64,000 bases of DNA, taken from a bacterium (GTDB taxonomy: Bacteria; Armatimonadota; Zipacnadia; Zipacnadales; Zipacnadaceae). Under the pieces are notes generated by a model. The model ran no database searches. It was not told where the DNA came from and saw only the letters and a program-made list of their open reading frames with translations. The DNA lies in NCBI GenBank assembly GCA_030615605.1, contig JAUWYY010000005.1:119067-183066 (forward strand), read 5' to 3'. This document shows, piece after piece, positions 37,443 through 48,368 of this stretch (within the stretch, counting starts at the first letter, position 1; each line of letters opens with the position of its first letter). The position numbers were made by a program, and so were the translations under genes.

Positions 37443-37966
37443 TTTGTTTCACCTCCCTCTTGAGCACCCGCCTTGTTGTCTAACATCGTTATATCAGAGC
37501 GCACTCTTCCGATAAAGTGAGGTTAATACTTAGTATACAATGGGATAGTATACCGTGGCAAGCACAAGACGGGTCCGAGGAAGACCGGCCAGTGTCAGCA
37601 CACTAGCAGTCGCTGACCAGCTCGGAGACGAAGCCAAAGTCCACTGCTGCTGATAATCTACGCAACAGGTGGTCGGCAGGGATCAAGTCCTCATAGATCA
37701 TGCCAAAGAAGCTGCTTTGCCTACTGTGCTCCCCTTGCATAAGTCACCTCACCGTTGCTACACAATAATGGTGCAACCACTACCGATGATTCTAGCACAG
37801 TGCCGTCTTGACATCAAGCCCCCCTGCCATAATATGAGGTGACTTTTGCACCAGTCTCACACTGCAGAAATCGGGGGAGGTGCGCCAAGCGCGCACGCTG
37901 AGGCCGGAAGGTGAATGTCCGACCAAACGGCGCTTCCACGAGTTTCACAAGGGAGGGGAGACAGCA

Positions 37967-38614
37967 ATGCGAGACGCAAAACTGTGGCTCATGATATTGC
38001 TGATCCAGTTGACGTTCTTTGCAGGTGTTAGGATGGGCTTGCCGAAAGTGGAGTGGAAGAGGGTTATTTCTGCCAGGAGCGCCGCTGAGTCTCTCTCGTT
38101 CTCTGAAATTGCGTACAAAGAGCAAATAGAAGACAAGCTGGCAAACCAAAAGGTGATCACGTTACCCGAGCGTTGGGCCCGACTGCTGCATTGCCCCGGC
38201 AAAGGGCTGCTGAACGAATCGTTCAATGACGTCCTGGTATTCTCTGAAGGTCCACCCGGAGATGAAAGTGAGAGTGACTTTCTGCAGCCGAGTTTTGTAA
38301 ACTCCGGCAGATTCATTCCAGTTCATGAGTCACGCATGCTGATGCTCTACACTGAAGTGAACTTCTGGCAACGAGAGTTCTTACCACTCACCGCAAAGCC
38401 CAACAAGGTCAAAGCAGAAATTGCCGAGACGAAGCAACTTTTTGAGAAACTCTACCCCGAGCTTGTAGAGAAGCAGCAACGCGAAGCTTGGGCTAACGTA
38501 TTTGGTGTCCTAGATGGGATATTGGCACTGGTGGCACTAGCGACGCTAGTCGCAGCAGCCGTTGCTTGCCGGCGAACGAAGGACCTACGGCACGTGTCCT
38601 CCCGGGAAGAATGA
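37967..38614 (+). CDS. Membrane-anchored hypothetical protein
   Basis: SD GGAGGGG; N- and C-terminal hydrophobic helices. Confidence 0.6.
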   Translation: MRDAKLWLMILLIQLTFFAGVRMGLPKVEWKRVISARSAAESLSFSEIAYKEQIEDKLANQKVITLPERWARLLHCPGKGLLNESFNDVLVFSEGPPGDESESDFLQPSFVNSGRFIPVHESRMLMLYTEVNFWQREFLPLTAKPNKVKAEIAETKQLFEKLYPELVEKQQREAWANVFGVLDGILALVALATLVAAAVACRRTKDLRHVSSREE

Positions 38615-38927
38615 GTGTCGGACATCTAGGCCGACCCGTTCGTGCCAATGCTATCCTGCTTGGGGATGCCCTTCCGGGCTTGACACATCCGTGAGGGTCG
38701 TATATGGTCGTAGTGGGAGAAAGCCCCTCTTTCAGGAAGCCACTCTATGTATGCACCAAAGGAGAGAGTCGCGGAGAGCGGGATGAGCCAAGGACGCAAC
38801 TCCACGTTCGTCGAAATAGGAAACATGGGTTAGAGAATGTCATGAAAAGCAGACACCTATGGGATAGATCGAGATGTGTACACGGTCGACAACCTGTGCG
38901 CAACAGTTGGTAAAAGGAGCCTAACGT

Positions 38928-40049
38928 ATGCACACCACTCGAGACAGCGTTGCGACGATCCTCCTCATGGTTGGAATAGTGACGGTGATCTTAATGAGCA
39001 GCGGATGCTCGCGGCAGGGGCGAATGTCGGCTGAGGGCGAGTCCAGGCGCGGCTTCCAGAGCAGGCTGCGGGTGGAGCTCAGGTGCGTTCCGCACGCAGA
39101 GATGAGCTTTACAAGCCCAGAGGACAAGCCGCTTGTGAGAGCCGGCGAGTCTGAGCAGGAACAGCAACAGACCCGGGAGTCCGCCAGATACCAGTCGCCT
39201 CACACTGGCGAAACACTCCAGGCCGCCACCCACGATGTTCTCCAAGGAATTGCCGCGGACCCGTCGAAGATTACCATCTCGGTAGTTGGTAACAACCGCC
39301 TGCTCGTAGAGACACAACCTGCGAACCCTCAAGAGGCTGAAAGGCAAAAGGATGCTGTTGCCACATACCTGCGCGAGACCTATCCTGGCATCGAGATACA
39401 AGCCGAACAGATGCGCGCCGTTTTCGTCGGGGATAACACCGCTGACGAGGTCGTATCCATCCTCAAGCGGCGGCTCCGTTCCTTGCGCGTTCGCAAGTCG
39501 GTAGTCCAGAAGCAGGGGCATGACCGCGTCATGGTCGAGCTACCTAGCCTCAAGGACCCGGAGCGTATGCTCAGTATTCTCGGGAGCACTGCCATGCTCG
39601 AGTTCCCCCTCGTGCCCACAAGGTACAGGCCAACCTCGCCCGAACCAAACACTAACGAAGAGTGGAAGGACGAACAGACCGGCGAAACTGTTGGCTGGGA
39701 GCAGGTGCGCGCCGAGTCCAGGGTCGCGTTCACCGGGTATGACCTCATGGAAAACGCCAAAGTTCAATCGGGCGAAGCCGGTGACTGGGTTGTGGCCTTC
39801 GAACTTAAGCCCGATAGAAAGGACAACTTCCGCGAGTTTACCCGTTGCAATGTGGGCCGCACACTGGCCATCGTCCTAGACCGTAGGTGCATCATGGCAC
39901 CCGTCATTCGCACTGCTATCCCGGGCCGAGGCATAATCGAAGGTAACATGACGGCCGAGGAAGCCCACGACCTCCAAATCCTGCTGAACGCAGGCGCTCT
40001 GCCCGTGCCGCTTGAGATTCTCGAAGAAGGCACTTATGGCCCTGCTTGA
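38928..40049 (+). CDS. Lipoprotein comprising only the SecD periplasmic (P1) region
   Basis: Lipobox-like SSGC; VQKQGHDRVMVELP, LAIVLD..APVI..GIIEG..LNAGALPVPL; stops before the SecD TM bundle. Confidence 0.8.
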   Translation: MHTTRDSVATILLMVGIVTVILMSSGCSRQGRMSAEGESRRGFQSRLRVELRCVPHAEMSFTSPEDKPLVRAGESEQEQQQTRESARYQSPHTGETLQAATHDVLQGIAADPSKITISVVGNNRLLVETQPANPQEAERQKDAVATYLRETYPGIEIQAEQMRAVFVGDNTADEVVSILKRRLRSLRVRKSVVQKQGHDRVMVELPSLKDPERMLSILGSTAMLEFPLVPTRYRPTSPEPNTNEEWKDEQTGETVGWEQVRAESRVAFTGYDLMENAKVQSGEAGDWVVAFELKPDRKDNFREFTRCNVGRTLAIVLDRRCIMAPVIRTAIPGRGIIEGNMTAEEAHDLQILLNAGALPVPLEILEEGTYGPA

Positions 40050-40140
40050 TTAGTTTCACCAAGGCAGCCTTCCAAAAGGTTTCTACTGGTGGCGTCGCGC
40101 CAGCTATAACCGTCTCTAGGAGGGTGCCGCACTTACCGAC

Positions 40141-40839
40141 TTGTGGGACCACTCGGGCGGGAGCAAGGTGAAGAATGGGGCAAGACGTTACAGGAAGGTG
40201 CTGACAGTGCAACGGCGACTAATCACCAAGGCCTTCTTAAGGGTTGTTTTGGCGGGCGGGGTCGTTGTCGGAGGCTGGTGGGTAAGCTTCGGTCGCGACG
40301 ACTACGCATTCGCCAAGGCCAAGAAAGAGGACATACTCGAGGGACCTCAGGGCGTGGACGAGGTGACCATTCCAATGAACGGGTACATCAAGCATTACCG
40401 CACAGCTAAATCAGTTTTCGAGCCTGCTTGTTACCAGAAGGGAATAGCAGCTTACAAGTGCTATCTCGAATCGTTCTCGAATGGTCGGCACCGAGACGAG
40501 GCTGAGCGCAGAATCGCTGAGCTTAAACAGGCAGCAATCTGGGCTAACCAGCGGCAGGCTCTGATTGAGGTAGCTAACGCTCCGTCGTGGGGCGAAGCAC
40601 GGCGTCACATAAGGCAGGTGTTGGATGCACACCCAGTGGACATTGGCCTGCTCTTGCAGATGGCGCTACTTGCCTGGGGATTTGACCGGTTCCACCACCA
40701 GGCGTGGGAGGAGTCGTGGGCGTACATAGAGAAGGTGGCGGCGCTCGACCCCAGGAACGAGCTGCTGGAGGCCGTAAAGACACATAATCAAACACACGCC
40801 CCCATGGCCCAAAAGGCTGCCAGGAATTGCGGCGACTGA
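40141..40839 (+). CDS. Membrane-anchored helical/TPR-like protein
   Basis: N-terminal TM; AYKCYLESFSNGRHRDEAE motif; start uncertain. Confidence 0.55.
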   Translation: MWDHSGGSKVKNGARRYRKVLTVQRRLITKAFLRVVLAGGVVVGGWWVSFGRDDYAFAKAKKEDILEGPQGVDEVTIPMNGYIKHYRTAKSVFEPACYQKGIAAYKCYLESFSNGRHRDEAERRIAELKQAAIWANQRQALIEVANAPSWGEARRHIRQVLDAHPVDIGLLLQMALLAWGFDRFHHQAWEESWAYIEKVAALDPRNELLEAVKTHNQTHAPMAQKAARNCGD

Positions 40840-41346
40840 GTGGGGCGTGCCCAGAGAGATAAGCGTGCCGGCCGGGGCACCACAAGCCTGGGTCTGGTCA
40901 GCAGCAGTGCCAGGTTGTATGAATGTTCATCCGGGACAAACGGCCTTTTTCCGGCCTGATGGCACCCTTGGGAAGATTGTGGATAATGCGACCGACCGGA
41001 CGGTTTGCATGGCGGACACGACAATTCCAGGAGGATACGCCTTCTTTGATGAAGGGGGTGTCAGGTCCATACTCCTCCAAAACGGAGGCCTGCTAGCGAT
41101 TGAAGGAATCATTCGAACTCGCCAAGCGGCAGCGGAAGGGGCCATACTCGAACACGTCGCGTACCGCTAACCGTATTGCCAAGGTGTACAGCCGGTGCCA
41201 GGACCAGACTGCTGATATGAGGCAGCGTGGGGCTTTCTTCGTCGAATCCTTGTTCTTGTGCAGGATATACCGTCGGGCAAGGTGAAACTGGATGCAAACA
41301 TATTGTTACCAATCACCAGGAGTGTGCCGAAGGAGGCGTCGGTGAA

Positions 41347-42735
41347 ATGCTTTGTCCAACATGTGGGCGAGCCAACGTTGATTATGCCGCATTCTGCGCG
41401 TATTGCCAGACACGCCTGCTCCCCGAGCAACTCCGGTTGACGGAATTCCCGGTCTGGGCACTACTACTTCTGCATTACTTCACGCTGGGTATCTTTTCGA
41501 TGGTGTGGATCAATCTGTACCACGGGAAACTGCCGCGACGACGCCCCAACGACCCAACTGCCGGCCGAGCGGTCGGATTCTTATTCATTCCCTTCTACGG
41601 CTTGTACTGGGTCTTCTTCACCCACCTGCGCCTCTGTGAACGTGTTGACCAGGAACGGACGCGTTGTGGCCTGCCCGAAGAGAAACTGAGGCCCTTCGCC
41701 ATCGCCACATGTATTGTCCAAGTTATTCCTTATGTCGGCTTGCTCAGTTTCTTCCTGCTATATCCGATCCTCGCTGGGGTTGTTCAGGCCAATATCAACG
41801 AAGTTGCAGCAGGCGGAACCTGGCGGTGCGCCACCTGTGGCGCAGACAACCCCGGCAGGAACACTTTCTGCGCATCCTGCGGGGCCCGGTTGCCGGAGGC
41901 TACGAGCGTCGTTATGCCCCCACCCGCAGACCAAGTTAGTCTCCAGTTTACCGGCACCGGGTTGCAATACCTCGGGTGGGGACTGCTCGCAGCGGTTGGC
42001 TCATACACCATCATCCCCGCTGGCTGGACAGCCACGGCAATGTGGCGCTGGTTTGTCACAAGCCTCCGCCTCAGCGACAGGCGCACAGCTACGTTCAGCG
42101 GCACAGGCAGCCAGGTATGGGGGTACTGCAGTGCCGCTGCGGTCCTCGGGATGACCACCTGGCTGGCCTATCTCTCCGACAACCCTGATACCGTTCTCCT
42201 CCTCACGTACGCCATGCTTGTGCCAGTGACTATGGGCCAGGTTGCCCTGGGGCTTGTTATCCTCCGCAGATGGTTAGCCCATACCCAGGTTTCTGGAGGC
42301 CAGCCGCTGCAATTCACGGGAAGTTACTGGCCTTTGCTGGGGTGGAACCTCTTATGCGCCGTATCTATCTACAGCATAGTTGGTTGGGCGTGGGCGGGGG
42401 CAGCCGCGCTACGGTGGTTCTGCAGCAATGTACGAACGGACCGCGCTGTTTTGCAGTTCCGTGGACGCGCGGCCACACTCCTGTGGCGTGGTGTGCTATG
42501 CTACTTGATGTGTATTCCCATCGTCACCGCTCCTTGGGCCGCAGTCTGGTTGTGGCGCTGGCTTGCCGAATCTACTGTTGTGCTTAGTCGCGCCGAAGCA
42601 GCATTTCCAGCGGGTGCCAGTGTCGCGCCTATCCCCAGTGGCGGTATTGTTTGCCCCAGGTGCGGCCAGCGTAATCCCGAAATTGCTGACTACTGTGCAC
42701 GCTGCGGAGCATCACTCCGCGCCCTGACGCAGTAA
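41347..42735 (+). CDS. Multi-TM protein with three zinc ribbons and a YjgN/DUF898-like region
   Basis: CPTC..CAYC, CATC..CASC, CPRC..CARC; repeated FTG motifs. Confidence 0.8.
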   Translation: MLCPTCGRANVDYAAFCAYCQTRLLPEQLRLTEFPVWALLLLHYFTLGIFSMVWINLYHGKLPRRRPNDPTAGRAVGFLFIPFYGLYWVFFTHLRLCERVDQERTRCGLPEEKLRPFAIATCIVQVIPYVGLLSFFLLYPILAGVVQANINEVAAGGTWRCATCGADNPGRNTFCASCGARLPEATSVVMPPPADQVSLQFTGTGLQYLGWGLLAAVGSYTIIPAGWTATAMWRWFVTSLRLSDRRTATFSGTGSQVWGYCSAAAVLGMTTWLAYLSDNPDTVLLLTYAMLVPVTMGQVALGLVILRRWLAHTQVSGGQPLQFTGSYWPLLGWNLLCAVSIYSIVGWAWAGAAALRWFCSNVRTDRAVLQFRGRAATLLWRGVLCYLMCIPIVTAPWAAVWLWRWLAESTVVLSRAEAAFPAGASVAPIPSGGIVCPRCGQRNPEIADYCARCGASLRALTQ

Positions 42736-42797
42736 CGAGCAAAAAATGGCTTGCAGCATTCGGTGACTTTGTCACTGGGAGCAGCGGAACGGAGGCC

Positions 42798-43730
42798 GTG
42801 CACATGTTTTGCATAAAGTGCGGAAAAAGAAATCCTGAAGGAGTCCAGTTTTGTGCGTACTGCGGGCACAAAACCGTCGTGCCGGAGCAGCTGCTGCAGG
42901 CGCCAAGTGTTCCTGAGGTCACGGCTGCTGATGTCAAGACCTTCGCGCCGCCGGAGGCTGCCGTCCCACCAGGCGTGGCTCCACGTATCAGTGGCCTCGC
43001 TGTCGCCTCACTGATCCTGGGCATACTGGGAGTGACGGCGCTAGTGGGACTGATCCTGGGTATTGTCGGCTTGGTACAGATCAACGCAAGTCGGGGACGA
43101 CTTCGTGGGCAAGGCCTGGCAATTGCGGGGATCTCAGTCTCGGGCTTCATGGTTCTGATGGTGCTGCCGGCGATGCTATTTCCTGTCTTTGCCCAGGCGA
43201 GAGCCAAGGCTCGACAAACACAGTGCCTGAGCAACCTGAAACAAATCGCTGTTGCCACGATGATGTACGTGAGCGACTGGGATGGCCACTATCCGCCTAC
43301 ACGCAACTGGTGTGATACATTGAACCCCTACATAATGAACACTGAAATCTATCGCTGCCCCAGTCTACCCACTGAGCGGGGAGGGTACGCTTACAATACA
43401 CATATGAGCGGTATCCGGGAATACCAAATAGTAGCGCCCGCCCAAACGGTTATTCAATTCGACAGCACAGGCGGGTGGAACTTGGCCGGTGGCCCCGAAT
43501 TGGCAGACCTCCGGCATAACAATGGGCTAAATATGGGTTTTGCCGACGGTCACGTAAAATGGTGCCCAAGTGCGGTAGATGACTGGCTATCGTGGTCGCC
43601 GCGCGCAGGGGCTTCACTGGCCCCGCCGCCCGGGGGTCCGCCGGGCCCGCCCGTCTGGGAGGAGGAAGCGCCTCCGGCTGAGGAGGAGCCGGCCCCAGCG
43701 CCGTGGCCATCAGCACCACCACCAGGTTGA
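42798..43730 (+). CDS. Zinc-ribbon + DUF4190 + DUF1559/H-X9-DG domain protein
   Basis: CIKC..CAYC; SGLAVASLILG..GLAIAG; LFPVFAQAR..CLSNLKQ; HNNGLNMGFADGH. Confidence 0.85.
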   Translation: MHMFCIKCGKRNPEGVQFCAYCGHKTVVPEQLLQAPSVPEVTAADVKTFAPPEAAVPPGVAPRISGLAVASLILGILGVTALVGLILGIVGLVQINASRGRLRGQGLAIAGISVSGFMVLMVLPAMLFPVFAQARAKARQTQCLSNLKQIAVATMMYVSDWDGHYPPTRNWCDTLNPYIMNTEIYRCPSLPTERGGYAYNTHMSGIREYQIVAPAQTVIQFDSTGGWNLAGGPELADLRHNNGLNMGFADGHVKWCPSAVDDWLSWSPRAGASLAPPPGGPPGPPVWEEEAPPAEEEPAPAPWPSAPPPG

Positions 43731-43836
43731 TGAGAGACCTACTTACCTAATCCTTTGCTGCTGCACGGGAGCCTGATGGCGGCGGCTGTATCGAACGCCA
43801 GGACAGACTGGCTAGTACCTGCAGAGCGAGTTCATA

Positions 43837-45711
43837 ATGGGTGGTACAGACGAATTGACACAATCCAGTGGCACAGCGCTGGGGCAACCCAGTATTGAGA
43901 GGGGCGGAGCCCAGATGGGGGAGACCGAACTCCTTCTGGGGCGACTGACGCTGCTGGCCACTGAAGAGGCGTTAGAATGGTTGGGGGGCCGCAATTGGAT
44001 ATCGGAAGAACTGGAGCAAGACGTACGAGGGTGGTGGTTTACGAAGCTGGGCCGGCGCTGGCAAATTGTCAGACGAATAGCGCAGCGTTTGGACAGTTTG
44101 GCACTCCCCCAAGTCAGCCTCACCGAGTATGAGTTGAGATCTCGCATGCTGCGGAGAGTATTGCCAGACGCGCACTGCCAGGTCTGTTACGGTACAGCTA
44201 ATCGCCAGTGTCAGGCATGTCGTGGCACGGGGCGCAGCCGGGACGACCTGTACCCGTGCGCCGAGTGTGCAGGCTGGGGCACTGAAACGTGTACCTGTGG
44301 GACCAAGCTCGACGTTAGGCTTCCCAGCAATGCATGCGATGGGATGATTGCCGCGGCGTGGTCGAGGCAGTCGAATCGGGTCTCGCTGGTGCGACTACAC
44401 TTTGCCCGTGAACGCAGTTCGAAGTTAGTAGTAGGGCGAATTAAGTTAGATGCCGCACATATGTGGCGAAAGATAGTCTGGTGGCTAGCACAAGCCGGAA
44501 TCGTAGTGCTTGTGCTAGTAGCCCTGCAGTCGTTGCTCAGGTGGACGCTGGAAGCTATGCGCTCAGGTTTGGAACCAGCGCAGGTCTTCAGGTTAATGAT
44601 GGTGATTGCGTTAACAGGCCTCGTGGGCTGGGCAGGTGCCTTAGTGCGAGCACCTGTCGTGCGGCATTGGGCGGGGGAAAGAACCGCACTTGGTGCCGAG
44701 AAAAGCTTTTGGCTTGCCCCTGTCTGGGAAAAGCTGGCCGCAGCCATGGCTACACGCTGGGGCCAGAAGGTAGCGGCGTTAGTATTGGTCATCACCCTAA
44801 TGTTCATTATTACTGCTACCTTGGGCCGACGGCAAGTGATATTTGTTGGTGGGCAGTTGGCATTGTGGATGTGCAACCACCAGATAGCCATAGACCGGTT
44901 TGGCGCATTGGTCCGGCCAGACAGTAGTGTGGGGACGGATCGCGCTCGTGCCGGACAGCTCGAGGCACAGTTTCGACGTGTGCAGGCCGTGGTCAAAGAT
45001 CACATACCCCTAGGCCAAAGTGACTGTAGCCCTGACACAGCGGCGGCAATACACCGTGACATCAGCTCGCTAGTCAAGCACCTGGACTGGTTGACGCCCG
45101 AGCGTAGGAGCGCATTGCCTGGTCTTGTGGCCTCGACGGCGGAAGTGGAAGTGGACTGGCACAAATGGGACCTGGCGCACGACCTTTTCGTGATTCTATT
45201 GCAAGAATTCCCCGCCCATTCCACATCACAGGCGCTGTCAATGCGTGCGGAGTGGCGCGTGGCGGCCATAGAACGCGTGAGCTTTCCGTTCTCTGTCTCT
45301 AGCATGGCCTTAGGAAGAGCGACCCAGAACTGGGACGGTTCGTGGGAGGCAGATTGCCAACGGCACAAAGCTGCCGCCAACCAGAAACTGATTGTCGTCG
45401 AAGCGAAGTTGGCACACGTAGGACGTACTCGAAAGGAAGTAGTGGCTGACCTTTTTAGGGTGCAAGATTCGGAAGACAATAGCTACGCGTGCCTCGGCTT
45501 TCAGGTTGATGAAACCGAGACACTGGAGTTCGTAGACGGCACGAAGGCTCCGGTGCGGCTACAGTACCTGTCATCAACGAGAGAGTTCCCGGGGATCTCG
45601 GTTGGGCCGGATAGCGTATGGGTGACAATGGTCTTTGAAGTGCCCCAGGAGGCAGGACGACTAGAGCTGATTGCCCGCGGTCAAGAACCAGTCTTGCTGT
45701 CCGACATGTGA
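43837..45711 (+). CDS. Membrane protein with DnaJ-like Cys-rich region and Ig-like C-terminus
   Basis: CQVCYG, CQACRGTG, CAECAGWG; three TM segments; beta-rich C-terminus (MVFEVP). Confidence 0.7.
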   Translation: MGGTDELTQSSGTALGQPSIERGGAQMGETELLLGRLTLLATEEALEWLGGRNWISEELEQDVRGWWFTKLGRRWQIVRRIAQRLDSLALPQVSLTEYELRSRMLRRVLPDAHCQVCYGTANRQCQACRGTGRSRDDLYPCAECAGWGTETCTCGTKLDVRLPSNACDGMIAAAWSRQSNRVSLVRLHFARERSSKLVVGRIKLDAAHMWRKIVWWLAQAGIVVLVLVALQSLLRWTLEAMRSGLEPAQVFRLMMVIALTGLVGWAGALVRAPVVRHWAGERTALGAEKSFWLAPVWEKLAAAMATRWGQKVAALVLVITLMFIITATLGRRQVIFVGGQLALWMCNHQIAIDRFGALVRPDSSVGTDRARAGQLEAQFRRVQAVVKDHIPLGQSDCSPDTAAAIHRDISSLVKHLDWLTPERRSALPGLVASTAEVEVDWHKWDLAHDLFVILLQEFPAHSTSQALSMRAEWRVAAIERVSFPFSVSSMALGRATQNWDGSWEADCQRHKAAANQKLIVVEAKLAHVGRTRKEVVADLFRVQDSEDNSYACLGFQVDETETLEFVDGTKAPVRLQYLSSTREFPGISVGPDSVWVTMVFEVPQEAGRLELIARGQEPVLLSDM

Positions 45712-45723
45712 GGAGCAAGGCCT

Positions 45724-46191
45724 ATGCAGAGAGACGCGTTTAGAGTAGAGCTTTTTCCCTTTATGGCGGTGCTCATGTGTTTTCTGGGCGGCCTGCTGAC
45801 CATTGGCTTGACAGTAGTAGCACTGTCGGTACTGTTTCCCCAAGAAATCTGGAGCCTCGGCATGCCGGGCAAGGCCCATCGGCTACCTGCTGTGATCGAA
45901 TGGGACGGCTTTGGCGTAACGATCCATCCCCAGCGCGTGGTAATCCCCGCCGCGGTAGCTCTTGAGAAGGATGGCGATAACTCATCGGAGTTTGGCCAAC
46001 TGCTGCGCGAGGTCAGAGCGCACCCAGACAAGAGGTTCTTGTTTGTGCTCGTCCGGCCCACGGGCTTTTCCACATTTCCCCAATTGCTCCAGATGCTACA
46101 GCAAGATGAAGTTGATGTTGGGTACGAAGCTGCTGTACCGGAGCAAAAGATTAGCATAGTAATATCCGAGGGGGCGACAGGTGTTCCATGA
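45724..46191 (+). CDS. ExbD/TolR-like protein
   Basis: VELFPFMAVL TM; VLVRPTG..VGYE. Confidence 0.65.
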   Translation: MQRDAFRVELFPFMAVLMCFLGGLLTIGLTVVALSVLFPQEIWSLGMPGKAHRLPAVIEWDGFGVTIHPQRVVIPAAVALEKDGDNSSEFGQLLREVRAHPDKRFLFVLVRPTGFSTFPQLLQMLQQDEVDVGYEAAVPEQKISIVISEGATGVP

Positions 46192-46895
46192 GGCGGCGTA
46201 GGCGAGTAGTAGAAGGCGTTGGTCTCAACTTAGATCCGTTGGCAGATATGCTGGCCAACAGCATTGGGATATTGCTAATCGTCATAATTTACGCAGTCCT
46301 GGCAGCGAGGGGAACATTCATTTCCCGCAGTTTGCCTTTTCAAGTGACAACCACGAAAGAGTCCGTCAGTTTTCTCGTATTGCCCACCGGGATCCACTAT
46401 GCACCCCTTGAGGCAATGCTCGATGATTTTTTCGTGGGCCTGCCCGGCTACTCCACGGCCCGACGACAACTATCACTGACCTATCATAACATACCTCGAT
46501 TTGTGGATGCTGTGAACAAGAAGCGGTTGAAGCGGCATGGCTTGGAAATATGTGCCGAGGCGGACTACGACGAAACTTCTGACTGGCCTTACATGAGGCG
46601 CGAGGTTACTCGGCTCATTCTGCACATAGATCTCAAGACGAGGGATGAAGTAGTTGGACTGACGGAACTGGCCGATGCGCTGCCCAGTCTCGATAAGAAC
46701 CGGCAGTGGATTCTGTTCTATGTAGCCCCGGATGCAATACCTATGTATCAGCTCGCCAAGGACTTAACGCTGCAAGCTGGCCTACAAATCAACTGGATGC
46801 CTTGGACCGAGCTGTGGCCTGTCCCGGTTTCTCTTGTACCCCCGCCCTCTCCTGGACAGGCGTTGATTACGGGCCCACAGGTTACAGGCGGATGA
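46188..46895 (+). CDS. ExbD/TolR-like protein
   Basis: LNLDPLADML TM carrying an Asp; FYVAPD..INWMP. Confidence 0.65.
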   Translation: MRRRRRVVEGVGLNLDPLADMLANSIGILLIVIIYAVLAARGTFISRSLPFQVTTTKESVSFLVLPTGIHYAPLEAMLDDFFVGLPGYSTARRQLSLTYHNIPRFVDAVNKKRLKRHGLEICAEADYDETSDWPYMRREVTRLILHIDLKTRDEVVGLTELADALPSLDKNRQWILFYVAPDAIPMYQLAKDLTLQAGLQINWMPWTELWPVPVSLVPPPSPGQALITGPQVTGG

Positions 46896-47020
46896 GGATT
46901 GCACCTGATGCAACTATGCTGTTCGGTGCTTTCCCACGCAGTCTCGAAGCGGTGGTGTAGCGCAGCGAACTGGTCTGTATCGCAATTAGAACAGAACGCA
47001 GAGAACACAAGGAGGCGACG

Positions 47021-48322
47021 ATGATGGCGAGGGTATGTGCCGAGTGTGGTGCTGGAGTTACATTGCCAAATGCCGAATTCTGTGCCCGGTGTGGCAAGCC
47101 TTTACCTGAGGAGCCCACACAAGACCCTTCCGCCTCTACGATTTCTGATAAGGCGCAACCGGAAACGCGATGCGCGGCGGAAAAGCCCTTAACCGTACCG
47201 TCTGGCCACGCTGAGGAGCAGATTGCTGCCCCGCCAGTGCCTGCGGTTCCGGTCAATCCGTGTCCATATTGCGGCTTCATGGTAGAGGTGCCTTGGCCTG
47301 AACGCTGCCCCAACTGTGATCGCCTCCTGGAGACACGCCCGTTGGACAGCCTGCCCCGCGTGCCCTGGTCGCTTCGGATTACCGACCGTATGGCATTTGG
47401 GCTCAGCGTGCTGCTAAGTGCGGTGCTTGTGGGAACATTGCTTCGGACGGTGGACGACATTGTCGCCAGAGAGAGTTTAATCCGCCAGATTCTGTTGCCG
47501 GAGGGGATGCTGCGTCTCATCCCGGAGGCAATAACAGTGCTTTTTGTGTGGTCCATACTCCAGGTATTGTGGCGATCAATTATGCTGATCACCCAGCATC
47601 GCTACCCCAGTGGACAGGTTCGCCAAGACTGGCTCCAGACGCTACGGTCGGGAAGGCTGCCTGGTGACCCCGAGGTGATCAGGCAACTGGGGGGAGAACA
47701 GGCCCAGCGGAGCTGGTGGGTCAGCCGGCTGCGAAGATCCCTAACGCATTGGCTCCGCACACGAGACCCCAGCCAAGTCAACGCAGTCCTGGAGCAACAT
47801 GCAGTTCTCGACAGCGAGGCGGTACGCTCGAACTACTCGCTCGTGCGGCTGGCGATCTGGGCGATGCCGATTCTCGGCTTCATCGGTACCGTTATCGGTA
47901 TCACCTTGGCGATCCAAGATTTCTCCCAGTTCCTGGGCGGTGAGGTGGACGACATAGATCGAGTTCGCACCCAGTTGATGCAGGTCACCGAGGGCTTGTC
48001 ATACGCATTCCTGACCACTATGTACGGGCTTGTCACCGCCTTGATTGCAATGTTTGTAACGTCATTCGCGGAGAAGGGGGAGCAGGACTTGTTGGTGGCG
48101 GCGGATCGGTACGCTCTCGACCAACTGGTGCCCGCTCTACAATCGGGGAGCGCGCCAGCAACACAGCGGGGGATAACTGATGTCAAGCAGCGCCCTGAGA
48201 CGGGGCCGGAACAGTTGTCAGAGCAGGTTGATGTGTTGAGCGACCAAGTGGGGGACCCCAAAAAAGAGTTGGAAAGACCACCACGGCGGGGAAAAAAGAA
48301 GCGATCCCAAAAGCCGGAGTAG
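47021..48322 (+). CDS. MotA/TolQ/ExbB proton-channel family protein with N-terminal zinc ribbons
   Basis: PILGFIGTVIGI..GLSYAFLTTMYGL; CAEC..CARC, CPYC..CPNC. Confidence 0.88.
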   Translation: MMARVCAECGAGVTLPNAEFCARCGKPLPEEPTQDPSASTISDKAQPETRCAAEKPLTVPSGHAEEQIAAPPVPAVPVNPCPYCGFMVEVPWPERCPNCDRLLETRPLDSLPRVPWSLRITDRMAFGLSVLLSAVLVGTLLRTVDDIVARESLIRQILLPEGMLRLIPEAITVLFVWSILQVLWRSIMLITQHRYPSGQVRQDWLQTLRSGRLPGDPEVIRQLGGEQAQRSWWVSRLRRSLTHWLRTRDPSQVNAVLEQHAVLDSEAVRSNYSLVRLAIWAMPILGFIGTVIGITLAIQDFSQFLGGEVDDIDRVRTQLMQVTEGLSYAFLTTMYGLVTALIAMFVTSFAEKGEQDLLVAADRYALDQLVPALQSGSAPATQRGITDVKQRPETGPEQLSEQVDVLSDQVGDPKKELERPPRRGKKKRSQKPE

Positions 48323-48368
48323 TTTTGGGCTAACGGAATCAGCGGTGAGGAAGCCGCGGATTTGTCGC

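Noticed and set aside
36362..37484. Integron cassette around the HEAT gene (GTTAGAC before, GCCTAAC after, minus strand)
   Set aside because: No complete attC stem or closing GTTRRRY found, and no IntI-type insertion seen in the nearby recombinases
37808..37835. TTGACA..CATAAT promoter
   Set aside because: Spacer is only 14 bp to CATAAT; the alternative -10 is weak
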